This document shows, piece by piece, positions 13,528 through 21,951 of a stretch of 35,787 bases of DNA. Each line of letters begins with the position of its first letter. Position 1 is the first letter of the stretch. This DNA comes from a virus. The translations under genes were made by a program, and so were the position numbers. The stretch covers positions 1 through 35,787 of IMG/VR virus record IMGVR_UViG_3300002053_000010, one strand, 5' to 3'. The notes below the pieces were generated by a model. The model had not been told where the DNA came from, made no database searches, and worked only from the letters and a program-made list of their open reading frames with translations.

Positions 13528-13800
13528 TTATTTTTCTTTAGACATTGGTGTAATGTCTATCTTTATACCAACATTTTTTTCTATTTGCTTTTCAACAAAT
13601 TCTTCAACAATATTGTCATCAGAAATATTGAAAAACTTATAAATTTTTGGTATAGCAAAAATTATTAACATCCCTATTATCAAATAAGAAGCGGTCTTTA
13701 CTATAAATTTTTTCATTTCTTTTGAGCCTGTTTCAAATGAAATTTCTTCCACTGTTTCACTTGAAATATTTTTTTCCTTTTTCTTCTCTTGCTTTTTCAT
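13528..13800 (-). CDS. Membrane-anchored small protein (90 aa), paralog of 13797-14006
   Basis: The TM segment is TASYLIIGMLIIFAI. The conserved tail is KIYKFFNISDDNIVEEFVEKQIEKNVGIKIDITP. It has an ATGA overlap with the upstream gene. Confidence 0.7.
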   Translation of the reverse strand: MKKQEKKKEKNISSETVEEISFETGSKEMKKFIVKTASYLIIGMLIIFAIPKIYKFFNISDDNIVEEFVEKQIEKNVGIKIDITPMSKEK

Positions 13801-14006
13801 TTTCTTCTCTCTATCGAATATGGAGTAAAATCAACATCAAGACCCGTATTTATCTCTATCTGCTTTTCAACAAATTCTTCTACAGGATTATCATCAGAAA
13901 TGCCAAAGACTTTATATATTTTAGAACATCCTGTGAGAGTTTGAATAAGCAAAACAACGACCACAAGGCCTACTAATGATAATATTAAATACATCTTTTT
14001 TTTCAT
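13797..14006 (-). CDS. Small lipoprotein (69 aa), paralog of 13528-13800
   Basis: The signal peptide has a lipobox (LLIQTLTG|C). The conserved tail is KIYKVFGISDDNPVEEFVEKQIEINTGLDVDFTP. The SD is AGGAGAataagaATG. Confidence 0.7.
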   Translation of the reverse strand: MKKKMYLILSLVGLVVVVLLIQTLTGCSKIYKVFGISDDNPVEEFVEKQIEINTGLDVDFTPYSIERRK

Positions 14007-14008
14007 TC

Positions 14009-14272
14009 TTATTCTCCTATTGTGACAGATGATATGACTCCAATTTTTTCTTCGTCTGTTGTCGCATTATCAAATTGGGTTAAATATGAATCTATTTTTT
14101 GATTATTGGCTATCATCTCTGTCTGTATTTCAGAAATTTTTTGTGTATCATTTGCAATCAATGCTTCTATAATTTCTTCTGTACTATATTTTTCTTTCCA
14201 AGAAAACAGATTTTTTAATCTTTTTTCAAATTGCCGTCTGTTATCTTGTGTATCTTCACCAAAAAAACTCAT
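14009..14272 (-). CDS. Hypothetical protein (87 aa), possibly a fiber assembly factor
   Basis: SD AGGAGA. It lies immediately downstream of the 864-aa fiber gene. Confidence 0.6.
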   Translation of the reverse strand: MSFFGEDTQDNRRQFEKRLKNLFSWKEKYSTEEIIEALIANDTQKISEIQTEMIANNQKIDSYLTQFDNATTDEEKIGVISSVTIGE

Positions 14273-14287
14273 GTGACTTCTCCTATT

Positions 14288-16882
14288 TTAATTCGACATT
14301 GCTCTATATATTACTGTGAAATTAAAAGCAGAATCTGCATTTGTAATACCAGCTGGAGTTAATGGGGCTCCTCCTGCCGGATTATAAGCATGAAGCCTGA
14401 AATAATTTGCTCCAGTTGCCTGATTATATGGATAATATTGAAGACGATTTGCTACGCCACCGTCAAGAAAAGAAAATCTTCCTGGAGGATTATAATAATT
14501 CCCCAAAACGTCATTAAATGGAGGATGAATTAACAAATTGTTAGCTCCAACGCCATTACCATTGCAATTATTTCCAGACCAAAAGAAAAAAACATCTCCA
14601 CTTGGTCTTAAACTATAAATAGATGCTTCATTTTGAAATGTTGGCATTGTTCCACCACCACCTTCTTGAGAAAAATATGATCCAGCTACTGCACCATTAT
14701 GTCCTGGTGGATAAGAAAAAATGCCGCTATCTTTATAGTCTCCAATTCCACCAGTATTTCCAAAAGCTAAAACGGTCCAATCATCGCCTGCATTTTTTGA
14801 CATTACAAATGATCCTACTAAAACGACAGGATTTGTATCCCAATCACCAACAGTGATAGAATCATCTAATGCCCACATACTATATTGTAAGTCTGCAATA
14901 GCGCTACTTGGTTTTCCAATAGACGTCGTACAACTTCTTCTTCCTCTTTCTCTCATAATCATAAATGTTACTGCTGTTTCAGCATCATTTAAAACTGCGT
15001 ATAAGAAAAATGGCATTGGCTCACCCCATGCTCTTCCTGTTGTGGTACCAAAAAGATTTCCTGCAATATCAGAAGAACCAGACGCATTGTCATCAAAAGA
15101 ATAATTTGAAGTTACTGGAAAAGTAAGAAATGTATTTCTTGAAAGTGCACTTTTTATTCTTATAAATCCTCTATTTGTAGAAGAAAGATTATTTCCATCT
15201 GCTGCATGAAGAGTAAGTGTTCCTCCGGAATATGTCATACCAAAATTGGAATGACCTTCTTGATAAAATGAAACTTGATCCAATATTAAATCTGGATTGG
15301 AATATTGTCTTAATAATGTGCTTGTCGTTATATCTCCAACAAGTGGTGCTGCTGCTGCTGTATTTCCTATTAATAATTCTCCATCTCCATTTGGTTCTAT
15401 TATTTTAAATTCAATTTGATTAGATGCTGGAGTTCCTGTAGTTTCTATAAATTGCTGCGCCGCTGTTCCAATTAAATTTATATTCCCTCCACCATCTGGG
15501 GGAACAGCAAGACCTACATCTCCAGTTAAAGAATCAAGTGCGGCACCACCACCGATTAAAGAAACATAGCCATCCGCATCGACTGTGAAGTGAGTATCAT
15601 TAAAGGAACATACTCCCGCATCATTTTTATTCCCCGGGGCCCCTGTTCTGTCTGATGCAACTTGAACTTCAATATTAAATACATTTAAAGCGCGAGAATG
15701 TGTCTCTAGTGGAACAGAATGGGCAGCAACTACAGCTCCTTGTGCTGTAATTAATCCTGTTGCATCTGGGTCAACTGGATCTGTTCCAGGAGCAGTATTT
15801 GCATCTACTCCAATTTGATCTATTATAGCCCCGCCTGCAATTTGAACATAACCATCCGCATCAACTGTGAAAGTTGTGTCATCAAAAGAACATATTCCTG
15901 CGTCGTTTGTATCTCCTGGAGCTCCAGTAATAGCTGCCGAAACTTGTACATTTAATGCCTCTGTATTTGCAACTCCACTATCTACAAAATAAATTGGCTT
16001 TGCATGTGTTGCATTTGCTACTACTATCCCTGTTAAATTAATATTTCCCGCTGCATCAGCTCCAATTGCAACTGCATCATCTCCAGTTAAAGAATCTATT
16101 GCAACAGCGCCTCCTATTAATTGAACATAACCGTCTGCATCTACTACAAACATCGTATCATCAAAAGAACATATCCCAGCGTCATTAGTATTCCCAGGTG
16201 CTCCAGTTATTGCAGAAGAAACTTGTAATTCAATATTAAATGCATTTGCTGCTCTTGAATGAGTTTCTACAGGAACTGCATGAGCAACAATGGCAGCCCC
16301 TGCTATTGTTATCTGTCCTGCTCCATCTGGCAATACTGGGTCTGTTCCTGGAGGAGTATTCGCATCTACATTAATTTGATCAACTGCAATGCCCCCACCC
16401 GCTAATTGGACAAAACCATTCGCATCGACTGTAAACATAGCACTATCAAATGAACATACCCCGACATTTCCAGCATCAGAGCCAACAGCAGCAGTAGATA
16501 TTTGTACGTCTAAATCAATTGTATTTGCAACAGCAGCACTTGAATAAAATGGTGTTGGATTCGTTCCAAAGGCCACAGTATTACAATCAACATCTATAAT
16601 ACCTACATTTGGAACAGCAATGTTTCCATCGTCTGCTCTAAGTTCTGTAACAGATCCAAAACCACCACCTGTTAATAAAACCCAATGTGCATTTCCATTT
16701 ATGATATCTACTAATATCCATTCGTCATTTGTTGTGTTGTCTCTCCAAATAGATTGAATTGGATATTTTCTATCTAAAACTGTTGGAGCACGTGGTGCAT
16801 CATATGTTGGAATTAATGCATCTCTTTGACCTGAATATTCAAGGGGATTTTGTTGAATCGGCCTTTCGCCAAATTGAACCAT
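14288..16882 (-). CDS. Tail fiber / receptor-binding protein A (864 aa)
   Basis: It is preceded by the leader element. The N-terminal anchor motif is RAPTVLDRKYPIQSIWRDNTTNDEWIL...GNAHW, shared with 19279-21864. It has Gly/Ala/Thr-rich repeated modules (DAG[IV]CSF[DN]D..F.VDADGYV) and a distinct C-terminal region of about 390 aa. Confidence 0.85.
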   Translation of the reverse strand: MVQFGERPIQQNPLEYSGQRDALIPTYDAPRAPTVLDRKYPIQSIWRDNTTNDEWILVDIINGNAHWVLLTGGGFGSVTELRADDGNIAVPNVGIIDVDCNTVAFGTNPTPFYSSAAVANTIDLDVQISTAAVGSDAGNVGVCSFDSAMFTVDANGFVQLAGGGIAVDQINVDANTPPGTDPVLPDGAGQITIAGAAIVAHAVPVETHSRAANAFNIELQVSSAITGAPGNTNDAGICSFDDTMFVVDADGYVQLIGGAVAIDSLTGDDAVAIGADAAGNINLTGIVVANATHAKPIYFVDSGVANTEALNVQVSAAITGAPGDTNDAGICSFDDTTFTVDADGYVQIAGGAIIDQIGVDANTAPGTDPVDPDATGLITAQGAVVAAHSVPLETHSRALNVFNIEVQVASDRTGAPGNKNDAGVCSFNDTHFTVDADGYVSLIGGGAALDSLTGDVGLAVPPDGGGNINLIGTAAQQFIETTGTPASNQIEFKIIEPNGDGELLIGNTAAAAPLVGDITTSTLLRQYSNPDLILDQVSFYQEGHSNFGMTYSGGTLTLHAADGNNLSSTNRGFIRIKSALSRNTFLTFPVTSNYSFDDNASGSSDIAGNLFGTTTGRAWGEPMPFFLYAVLNDAETAVTFMIMRERGRRSCTTSIGKPSSAIADLQYSMWALDDSITVGDWDTNPVVLVGSFVMSKNAGDDWTVLAFGNTGGIGDYKDSGIFSYPPGHNGAVAGSYFSQEGGGGTMPTFQNEASIYSLRPSGDVFFFWSGNNCNGNGVGANNLLIHPPFNDVLGNYYNPPGRFSFLDGGVANRLQYYPYNQATGANYFRLHAYNPAGGAPLTPAGITNADSAFNFTVIYRAMSN
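15467..16525 (-). repeat. Internal protein-level repeats in fiber A: four 45-aa modules and a duplication of about 120 aa
   Basis: The modules end in VGVCSFDSAMFTVDANGFVQLAGGG, AGICSFDDTMFVVDADGYVQLIGGA, AGICSFDDTTFTVDADGYVQIAGGA and AGVCSFNDTHFTVDADGYVSLIGGG. Residues about 165-290 parallel residues about 352-472. Confidence 0.8.
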
Positions 16883-16888
16883 TTTTTT

Positions 16889-16903
16889 CTCCGACGTTTG
16901 GTT
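16889..16903 (-). promoter_or_regulatory. Leader/RBS element copy (sense AACCAAACGTCGGAG)
   Basis: It is followed by aaaaaa and the ATG at 16882. A TATAAT lies 20 nt upstream on the sense strand (16926-16921). Confidence 0.7.
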
Positions 16904-16927
16904 TTTTTAATTTAAAATAAAATTATA

Positions 16928-17215
16928 CTATTCTATTCCAAGTTCTTTTTTAAGTATTTTATCCTTTTCTTTTCTATTAATATATTTTGGATGAGATGTT
17001 ATATTTTTTATTAATTCATCTTCTTTCGCCGGAATTGCAGAAATATTTAGATCTTTCAAAAGCATTTCTGTACCACTTTTTATCAATCTTTTTTTGCAAT
17101 TATTTATTTTTCCTTCGATTGCTTTTAAAATCCAATCTTCAATATCCAAAAGATCATTTTCCAGACATTTTACATCTATATCTGAAATTTCTATTCCATT
17201 TTTAAAAAATTTCAT
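16928..17215 (-). CDS. Hypothetical protein (95 aa)
   Basis: SD AGGAGAaaaaatATG. It lies downstream of fiber B. Confidence 0.65.
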   Translation of the reverse strand: MKFFKNGIEISDIDVKCLENDLLDIEDWILKAIEGKINNCKKRLIKSGTEMLLKDLNISAIPAKEDELIKNITSHPKYINRKEKDKILKKELGIE

Positions 17216-17225
17216 ATTTTTTCTC

Positions 17226-18578
17226 CTAACTTATAAGATTTCCAGAAAAGTAAGAAACACATGCGCCTGCCGTCCCTTTTACATCTAATGTTTTACCACC
17301 ACCGCTACCTGTAAAAGAAACGTAAGCTGTATCTGATGCATCCATATCACATATTGCAGTAAGAAGAACCGATCTTGTTTCTGTATCATCTGGATAAAAA
17401 TCAGCAAAATAATCTCTATTAGAAGTTACAATTGTTATATATGAAGCTGTTTGAGTGCCATCCCATCCTTCTATTTTAAGTGATGTAGAAAATATATATG
17501 CTCCCGTAATAGGGGCCGTAAATGTATCTGTAGTATTATTATAATCACCGCCGAAATCAAAATCTTCTGTATCAAATTCGCATGTCCATGTAGTACCATC
17601 TCCTGTTACATTATTATCTGAAGCAGAGTTATGTGCTAAAAAACAAGGATTTAAAGGAAGTGTTCTTTGTCCAGCTGCTGTCATTATAAATCTATCATTA
17701 GTTCCTAATGCGCTTCCTTGAGATATTTTAAATTTATCAGCGTCATCATCATCAACACCTATTCTAAATTCTCCTGTAGTGTTGATATCGAATTGAATAA
17801 AACTATCTCCAGAAGCACCGGGATCTGTTGTTAGTTGCTTCATTTTTGGTGTATCTGAAAAGTCAAGTGTTGGGGCACCAGCAACTCCATCACCATTTGT
17901 TACATCTATTTCATTCGCAGTTCCTGTAATTGTTCTTTGTACCCATGTATCCGCAGCACTTCTTACAGCGATACCTGTTCCTCCAAGTCCTTCTAATGCA
18001 GACAAATCATTAGCAAGAGCAAGTGTTGGATTTCCAGCAACTCCATCCCCATTAGATATAGAAATTCCAGCTGCTGGTACTGCAATAGATCTTTGTACCC
18101 AAGTATCAGCTGCACTCCTAACTGCAATCCCTGTTCCTCCAAGCCCTTCTAAAGCAGCAAGGTCATTTGCTAGTGCTAATGTTGGATTTCCTGCTACTCC
18201 ATCGCCATTTGTAACTGTTATACCTGCTGCAGGTTGGGCAATCGAACGCTGAACCCACGTGTCTGCCGCACTCCTTACAGCTATTCCAGTTCCACCCAAA
18301 CCTTCTAAAGCATTCAAATCATTGGCTAATGCGAAAGTAATTGTTCCTGCACCACCAGTTATTGTAATTCCAGCTGCTGGGGCTGTTAAAGTAGCTGGAA
18401 CCGGATCAACACCAACTGTACTTCCTATTAATAATTGGCCGTCTGTTAAAGGACCAATCATAGTTATTGCGGCAACCCCGTTTCCAACTAAAATAGATCC
18501 ATCAGTTAATGTTGCTCTTCCTGTTCCTCCTAGAGTAACTGGAACAGGAATAGGTAAAGATATAGATGATTTACTCAT
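17226..18578 (-). CDS. Tail fiber / receptor-binding protein B (450 aa) with a C-terminal C1q-like domain
   Basis: The N-terminus is LGGTG...LLIGST. Three tandem 52-aa repeats follow. C-terminal residues 335-367 match the C1q PROSITE-style signature at every fixed position but the last, and the protein ends in YFSGNLIS. Confidence 0.85.
   Translation of the reverse strand: MSKSSISLPIPVPVTLGGTGRATLTDGSILVGNGVAAITMIGPLTDGQLLIGSTVGVDPVPATLTAPAAGITITGGAGTITFALANDLNALEGLGGTGIAVRSAADTWVQRSIAQPAAGITVTNGDGVAGNPTLALANDLAALEGLGGTGIAVRSAADTWVQRSIAVPAAGISISNGDGVAGNPTLALANDLSALEGLGGTGIAVRSAADTWVQRTITGTANEIDVTNGDGVAGAPTLDFSDTPKMKQLTTDPGASGDSFIQFDINTTGEFRIGVDDDDADKFKISQGSALGTNDRFIMTAAGQRTLPLNPCFLAHNSASDNNVTGDGTTWTCEFDTEDFDFGGDYNNTTDTFTAPITGAYIFSTSLKIEGWDGTQTASYITIVTSNRDYFADFYPDDTETRSVLLTAICDMDASDTAYVSFTGSGGGKTLDVKGTAGACVSYFSGNLIS
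17865..18383 (-). repeat. Tandem repeats, 3.3 copies of about 156 bp (52 aa), inside fiber B
   Basis: PAAGIT[VI]TNGDGVAGNPTLALANDL.ALEGLGGTGIAVRSAADTWVQRSIA is repeated at residues 66-114, 115-166 and 167-218, with a partial copy at 219-238. The nucleotide copies are also very similar. Confidence 0.9.
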
Positions 18579-18592
18579 TTTTTAATCCTTGA

Positions 18593-18940
18593 TTAAGCAT
18601 AAAAACATTGAATTATTACTTCTCCAGTTTGTGTTCCAACTCCAATATGTCTTGCTTGAAATTGCGATCCAGTACGCAAATATATTCCACCACTTTTCTC
18701 ACTTCCTTTATCGTTTGTTGTTAAATCGATAGTATCTATAGAATTTGGAGGTAATCTAAATACAGTAATAGCACCACCGTCCCAAGATATCTCAACAGTT
18801 GTATCTGTTGTATTTTTAACAGAAATAATTCTTACAGGATGTGTTGTAGGCGTTCCTACATTTTGATAATTTGCCGTAAGGGCTGCTCCGCCTAAAACTC
18901 TTACATTTTCAGCCAAAGCTCTTAAATCCGGTCCTGGCAT
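18593..18940 (-). CDS. Hypothetical beta-rich protein (115 aa)
   Basis: SD AGGAGAttaaaaATG. Confidence 0.7.
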   Translation of the reverse strand: MPGPDLRALAENVRVLGGAALTANYQNVGTPTTHPVRIISVKNTTDTTVEISWDGGAITVFRLPPNSIDTIDLTTNDKGSEKSGGIYLRTGSQFQARHIGVGTQTGEVIIQCFYA

Positions 18941-18942
18941 TT

Positions 18943-19173
18943 TTAATCTCCTATTTTTTTATCTTTTTCTGACTCTTTTTTTTGCTTCGCTAATTCATCT
19001 TTTTGCTTCTGTAAATTTTCATTAATCATTTTAACAATTTCTTCTACACATTTTAGAGAAGCTTCATAAGCTAATGATAATTGAACCCCAACTGGTAAAA
19101 TGAATCTAAATTTTTGTTCTTGTTCTTCAATTTCAATCTCAATTTTTGCTTTTTTTTCAATTTTTGTTTCCAT
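18943..19173 (-). CDS. Hypothetical charged/coiled-coil protein (76 aa)
   Basis: SD AAGGAGtaaaaaATG. Confidence 0.6.
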   Translation of the reverse strand: METKIEKKAKIEIEIEEQEQKFRFILPVGVQLSLAYEASLKCVEEIVKMINENLQKQKDELAKQKKESEKDKKIGD

Positions 19174-19228
19174 TTTTTACTCCTTACTTTACTATTTGCT
19201 TAGATCATGTCACTCCTATGGGTGATAA

Positions 19229-19254
19229 GGGGGAGTTAAAAAATTAATTCCCCC
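19229..19254 (-). terminator. Hairpin after the tailspike gene (GGGGGA, 14-nt loop, TCCCCC)
   Basis: A GC-rich 6-bp stem. The T-run is on the plus-strand side only, so terminator function on the coding strand is uncertain. Confidence 0.3.
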
Positions 19255-19278
19255 TTTTTCATTTATCATTAAAATATA

Positions 19279-21864
19279 TTATTGTAAACCACAAGCAAGC
19301 GATACCAAATGGATTGCAGCAGGAGCACCTCCAGCAGCAAATAAATGATGAATAAATGGAATAACAACATCAGCATTATCAAATGTCATTGCTTGTTCAT
19401 TACTTAGAGCGGCTCCATCAAGAAGATATGAAACAACTCCAGCGGCTGAAACGTTTAATCTAATAGTATGTGTTTGTCCATCCGTCCAAGCATCTGTAGA
19501 ATTAACATAAGTCCATCCAGTACCATTTAGATTTTTACCAGAAATTACTGTGTCTGCATTAGTTGTGGCATGTAATCCTATAACAGCTGCATCAGTATAG
19601 TTTGCAAAAGCTCCATTAGGTGCGCCTTGTAATCTAAAACCTATCCATAATGGATCGGAAGTTCCACAATCAGCAACTGTGAATCTAGCCTCAATAAAGA
19701 AAGCCGGACTTGTTCCAATAGTGAATAAGAATTTAGAAGAATTTTGGTGTCCCCAATAATATTCAGCACCTTCACTATTTGTTAAATCTAGAGAAACTAA
19801 CAAACCAGCATTTTCTAATCTTGGAGCAATAATAGTTTGTCCAGCACCCAAGATAAATTGTTCCATTGTATGACCATCTTGTAGATACATAATATTGTAA
19901 TCTCCAGTAGCACCAGTTGGTGCAGCTCCTGTATTAGCACGAGATTGTAAAATTGGACATACATTAATTTGAGGAACATACATGTTAGTTACATTTATAT
20001 TTCTTCCTGTGATATCTCCATAAGAGTCTATCGTTGAAACTGATGCATTTGAATTATTTCTTATTCCAAAAGTATTGGCACCAATATCATCTCCGAGATC
20101 AATATAAAAATCATTTCCAGCCACACAATTTACTGTTACAGAAGATCCATCAGATACAATAGTTGATTCATCCCACAACCTAATATCAGCTGTGGTATAA
20201 GCAACGCCCGCATTAGCTGGAGTTGTATTATATAAATCAAGTCCATATAACCAATCTGCAATTGCTTGTGTTCCTTGAGCAACACCCAATGCTGCTCTTC
20301 CAGCAGTACCAGCTCCAGCACCAAGACGAGTAGCAACAACACCATACCCATATGCATTAAGAGGTGTAGTATATTCAACAACAGATCCAATACCAGCATA
20401 AATACCTGTTAAAGGAACTGCAGCCGCATCGTCTGTCATATAATATCCTTTAACTCCAAAAGCATATGTTTGAGGAATATCAGCAGCGTCTGTTTCATGA
20501 ATTAAAATTGACCCTTCAACTCCAGCGGCAGTACTAGCTATTACAGAACCATCTACTTGAGTAAGAGTTCCCAAAACACCTAAATCTAATAATGAATTAG
20601 AACCAGCAGCTAAAGTTAATGATCCATCTACAGCTCTCGGTTCATGATTACCATCACCAGCAGATACAGAAAGATTTCCTCTAATACTTGCTAAATAAGA
20701 TGCTCCAGTTGCAGTTGGATCATCAGCAAAACATTGAATAATACCACCATCAGCTGCAAAAGCATTTACACGATAGGTACTATCTCCAGAGGTAACTTTA
20801 GAGAATTTTCCTTCTGCTACATATGCTCTAGTTAATGTTGCTGCTAATGCTGCATTACTTAAAAATTCAACATTTGCAAGTGTAACAGCACCAGCACCAG
20901 CACCAGTAATACATGGATTTGCAGAAGATGTAATAGTTACATTACTAAGACCTACTACTCCAGCAGAACCTTGTGCAAGAGCTGCATTAGCACCTGTTGT
21001 TAAAGTACTTTCTCTTATAGCTAAAGCTGTCGTTCCAGCTAAAGTTATTGTTCCACCAATTGTACTTCCTTGAGTAATAGAAGCAGCACATGCGCCAGAC
21101 AAATTACTTGCACAACTTACACGAGATCCAATAATAACTAATGTTCCACCAACTTGAGTAAGTACATTAGCTCCTGCTCCTACTAAAGAATCAGAAATAA
21201 TAACAGTTGAAGCAGCAATTCTTACACATCCATCTGCAGTAGAAGTTGTATGACAATCATAAATATCAACAGGACCTGTCCATGAAGCACAGTCTACTAC
21301 ATAACCATTCGTACAATTAAATGTACAATTTGTAAAACTTAGTCTTGCAGTACCAGCAGCAGCTGATGTAACGATATCTGTTGCAGATGTTAACTGTAAA
21401 TCTCTAAAGAAAACAGCACCTGTAGCAGGAGGTGTATGAACACCAGTTATAATAGAATATGCTCCACATCCTGTAATAATAAGATTATCGTAAAGAGTTA
21501 AGTTTTCTGTATAAGTCCCAGGTCTTACATAAACTTCTGCATTTGTAGTTCCAGATGCTTGTATTGCATTTATAGCAGCTTGGATAGTTGTAAAATCTCC
21601 AGTGCCATCAGCATCTACTACATATTTACTCATTGGAGCATTACCACCAGCACTTTGAGAAACTGGTTCCCAATTAGCCGCATTTCCAGCTATTGATGTT
21701 AATACCCATACATTATTTGCTATTCTGTCTATCCAGATAGTTCCTATCCGGTGTCCTAAATCGAGTGCAGTTGGTGCCCGTTGAGCCTTTATCACATTTG
21801 GCGGCTCAGGAGCTTCTACACCTACATACGATAAGGCGTTTTGTCCACCAACGAATTCCGACAT
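19279..21864 (-). CDS. Tailspike / receptor-binding protein C (861 aa) with a beta-helix, depolymerase-like central domain
   Basis: It is preceded by the leader element. The N-terminal anchor is RAPTALDLGHRIGTIWIDRIANNVWVL...GNAANW. DGTGDFTTIQAAINAIQASG..VYVRPGTYTENLTL..NLIITG is a pectin-lyase-fold entry motif, followed by long Ala/Gly/Thr/Ser beta-helix-like sequence. The C-terminal region of about 200 aa looks lectin/ConA-like (weak). Confidence 0.85.
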   Translation of the reverse strand: MSEFVGGQNALSYVGVEAPEPPNVIKAQRAPTALDLGHRIGTIWIDRIANNVWVLTSIAGNAANWEPVSQSAGGNAPMSKYVVDADGTGDFTTIQAAINAIQASGTTNAEVYVRPGTYTENLTLYDNLIITGCGAYSIITGVHTPPATGAVFFRDLQLTSATDIVTSAAAGTARLSFTNCTFNCTNGYVVDCASWTGPVDIYDCHTTSTADGCVRIAASTVIISDSLVGAGANVLTQVGGTLVIIGSRVSCASNLSGACAASITQGSTIGGTITLAGTTALAIRESTLTTGANAALAQGSAGVVGLSNVTITSSANPCITGAGAGAVTLANVEFLSNAALAATLTRAYVAEGKFSKVTSGDSTYRVNAFAADGGIIQCFADDPTATGASYLASIRGNLSVSAGDGNHEPRAVDGSLTLAAGSNSLLDLGVLGTLTQVDGSVIASTAAGVEGSILIHETDAADIPQTYAFGVKGYYMTDDAAAVPLTGIYAGIGSVVEYTTPLNAYGYGVVATRLGAGAGTAGRAALGVAQGTQAIADWLYGLDLYNTTPANAGVAYTTADIRLWDESTIVSDGSSVTVNCVAGNDFYIDLGDDIGANTFGIRNNSNASVSTIDSYGDITGRNINVTNMYVPQINVCPILQSRANTGAAPTGATGDYNIMYLQDGHTMEQFILGAGQTIIAPRLENAGLLVSLDLTNSEGAEYYWGHQNSSKFLFTIGTSPAFFIEARFTVADCGTSDPLWIGFRLQGAPNGAFANYTDAAVIGLHATTNADTVISGKNLNGTGWTYVNSTDAWTDGQTHTIRLNVSAAGVVSYLLDGAALSNEQAMTFDNADVVIPFIHHLFAAGGAPAAIHLVSLACGLQ

Positions 21865-21872
21865 TTTTTTTC

Positions 21873-21887
21873 CTCCGACGTTTGGTT
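21873..21887 (-). promoter_or_regulatory. Leader/RBS element copy (sense AACCAAACGTCGGAGG)
   Basis: It is followed by aaaaaaa and the ATG at 21864. Confidence 0.7.
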
Positions 21888-21951
21888 TTTATTGACTAAA
21901 TATTTCTCATTTTTTACTCTTTAAGTATAAACAACTTAAAAAGGAGTTTTT

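Noticed and set aside
14288-18578. Diversity-generating retroelement or recombinase-driven shufflon acting on the repeat-rich fiber genes
   Set aside because: No reverse transcriptase gene exists in the complete genome. I saw no template/variable repeat pair with adenine-specific differences, and no inverted repeats bracketing fiber segments. Recombinase 2 is nearby, but no crossover sites were identified.
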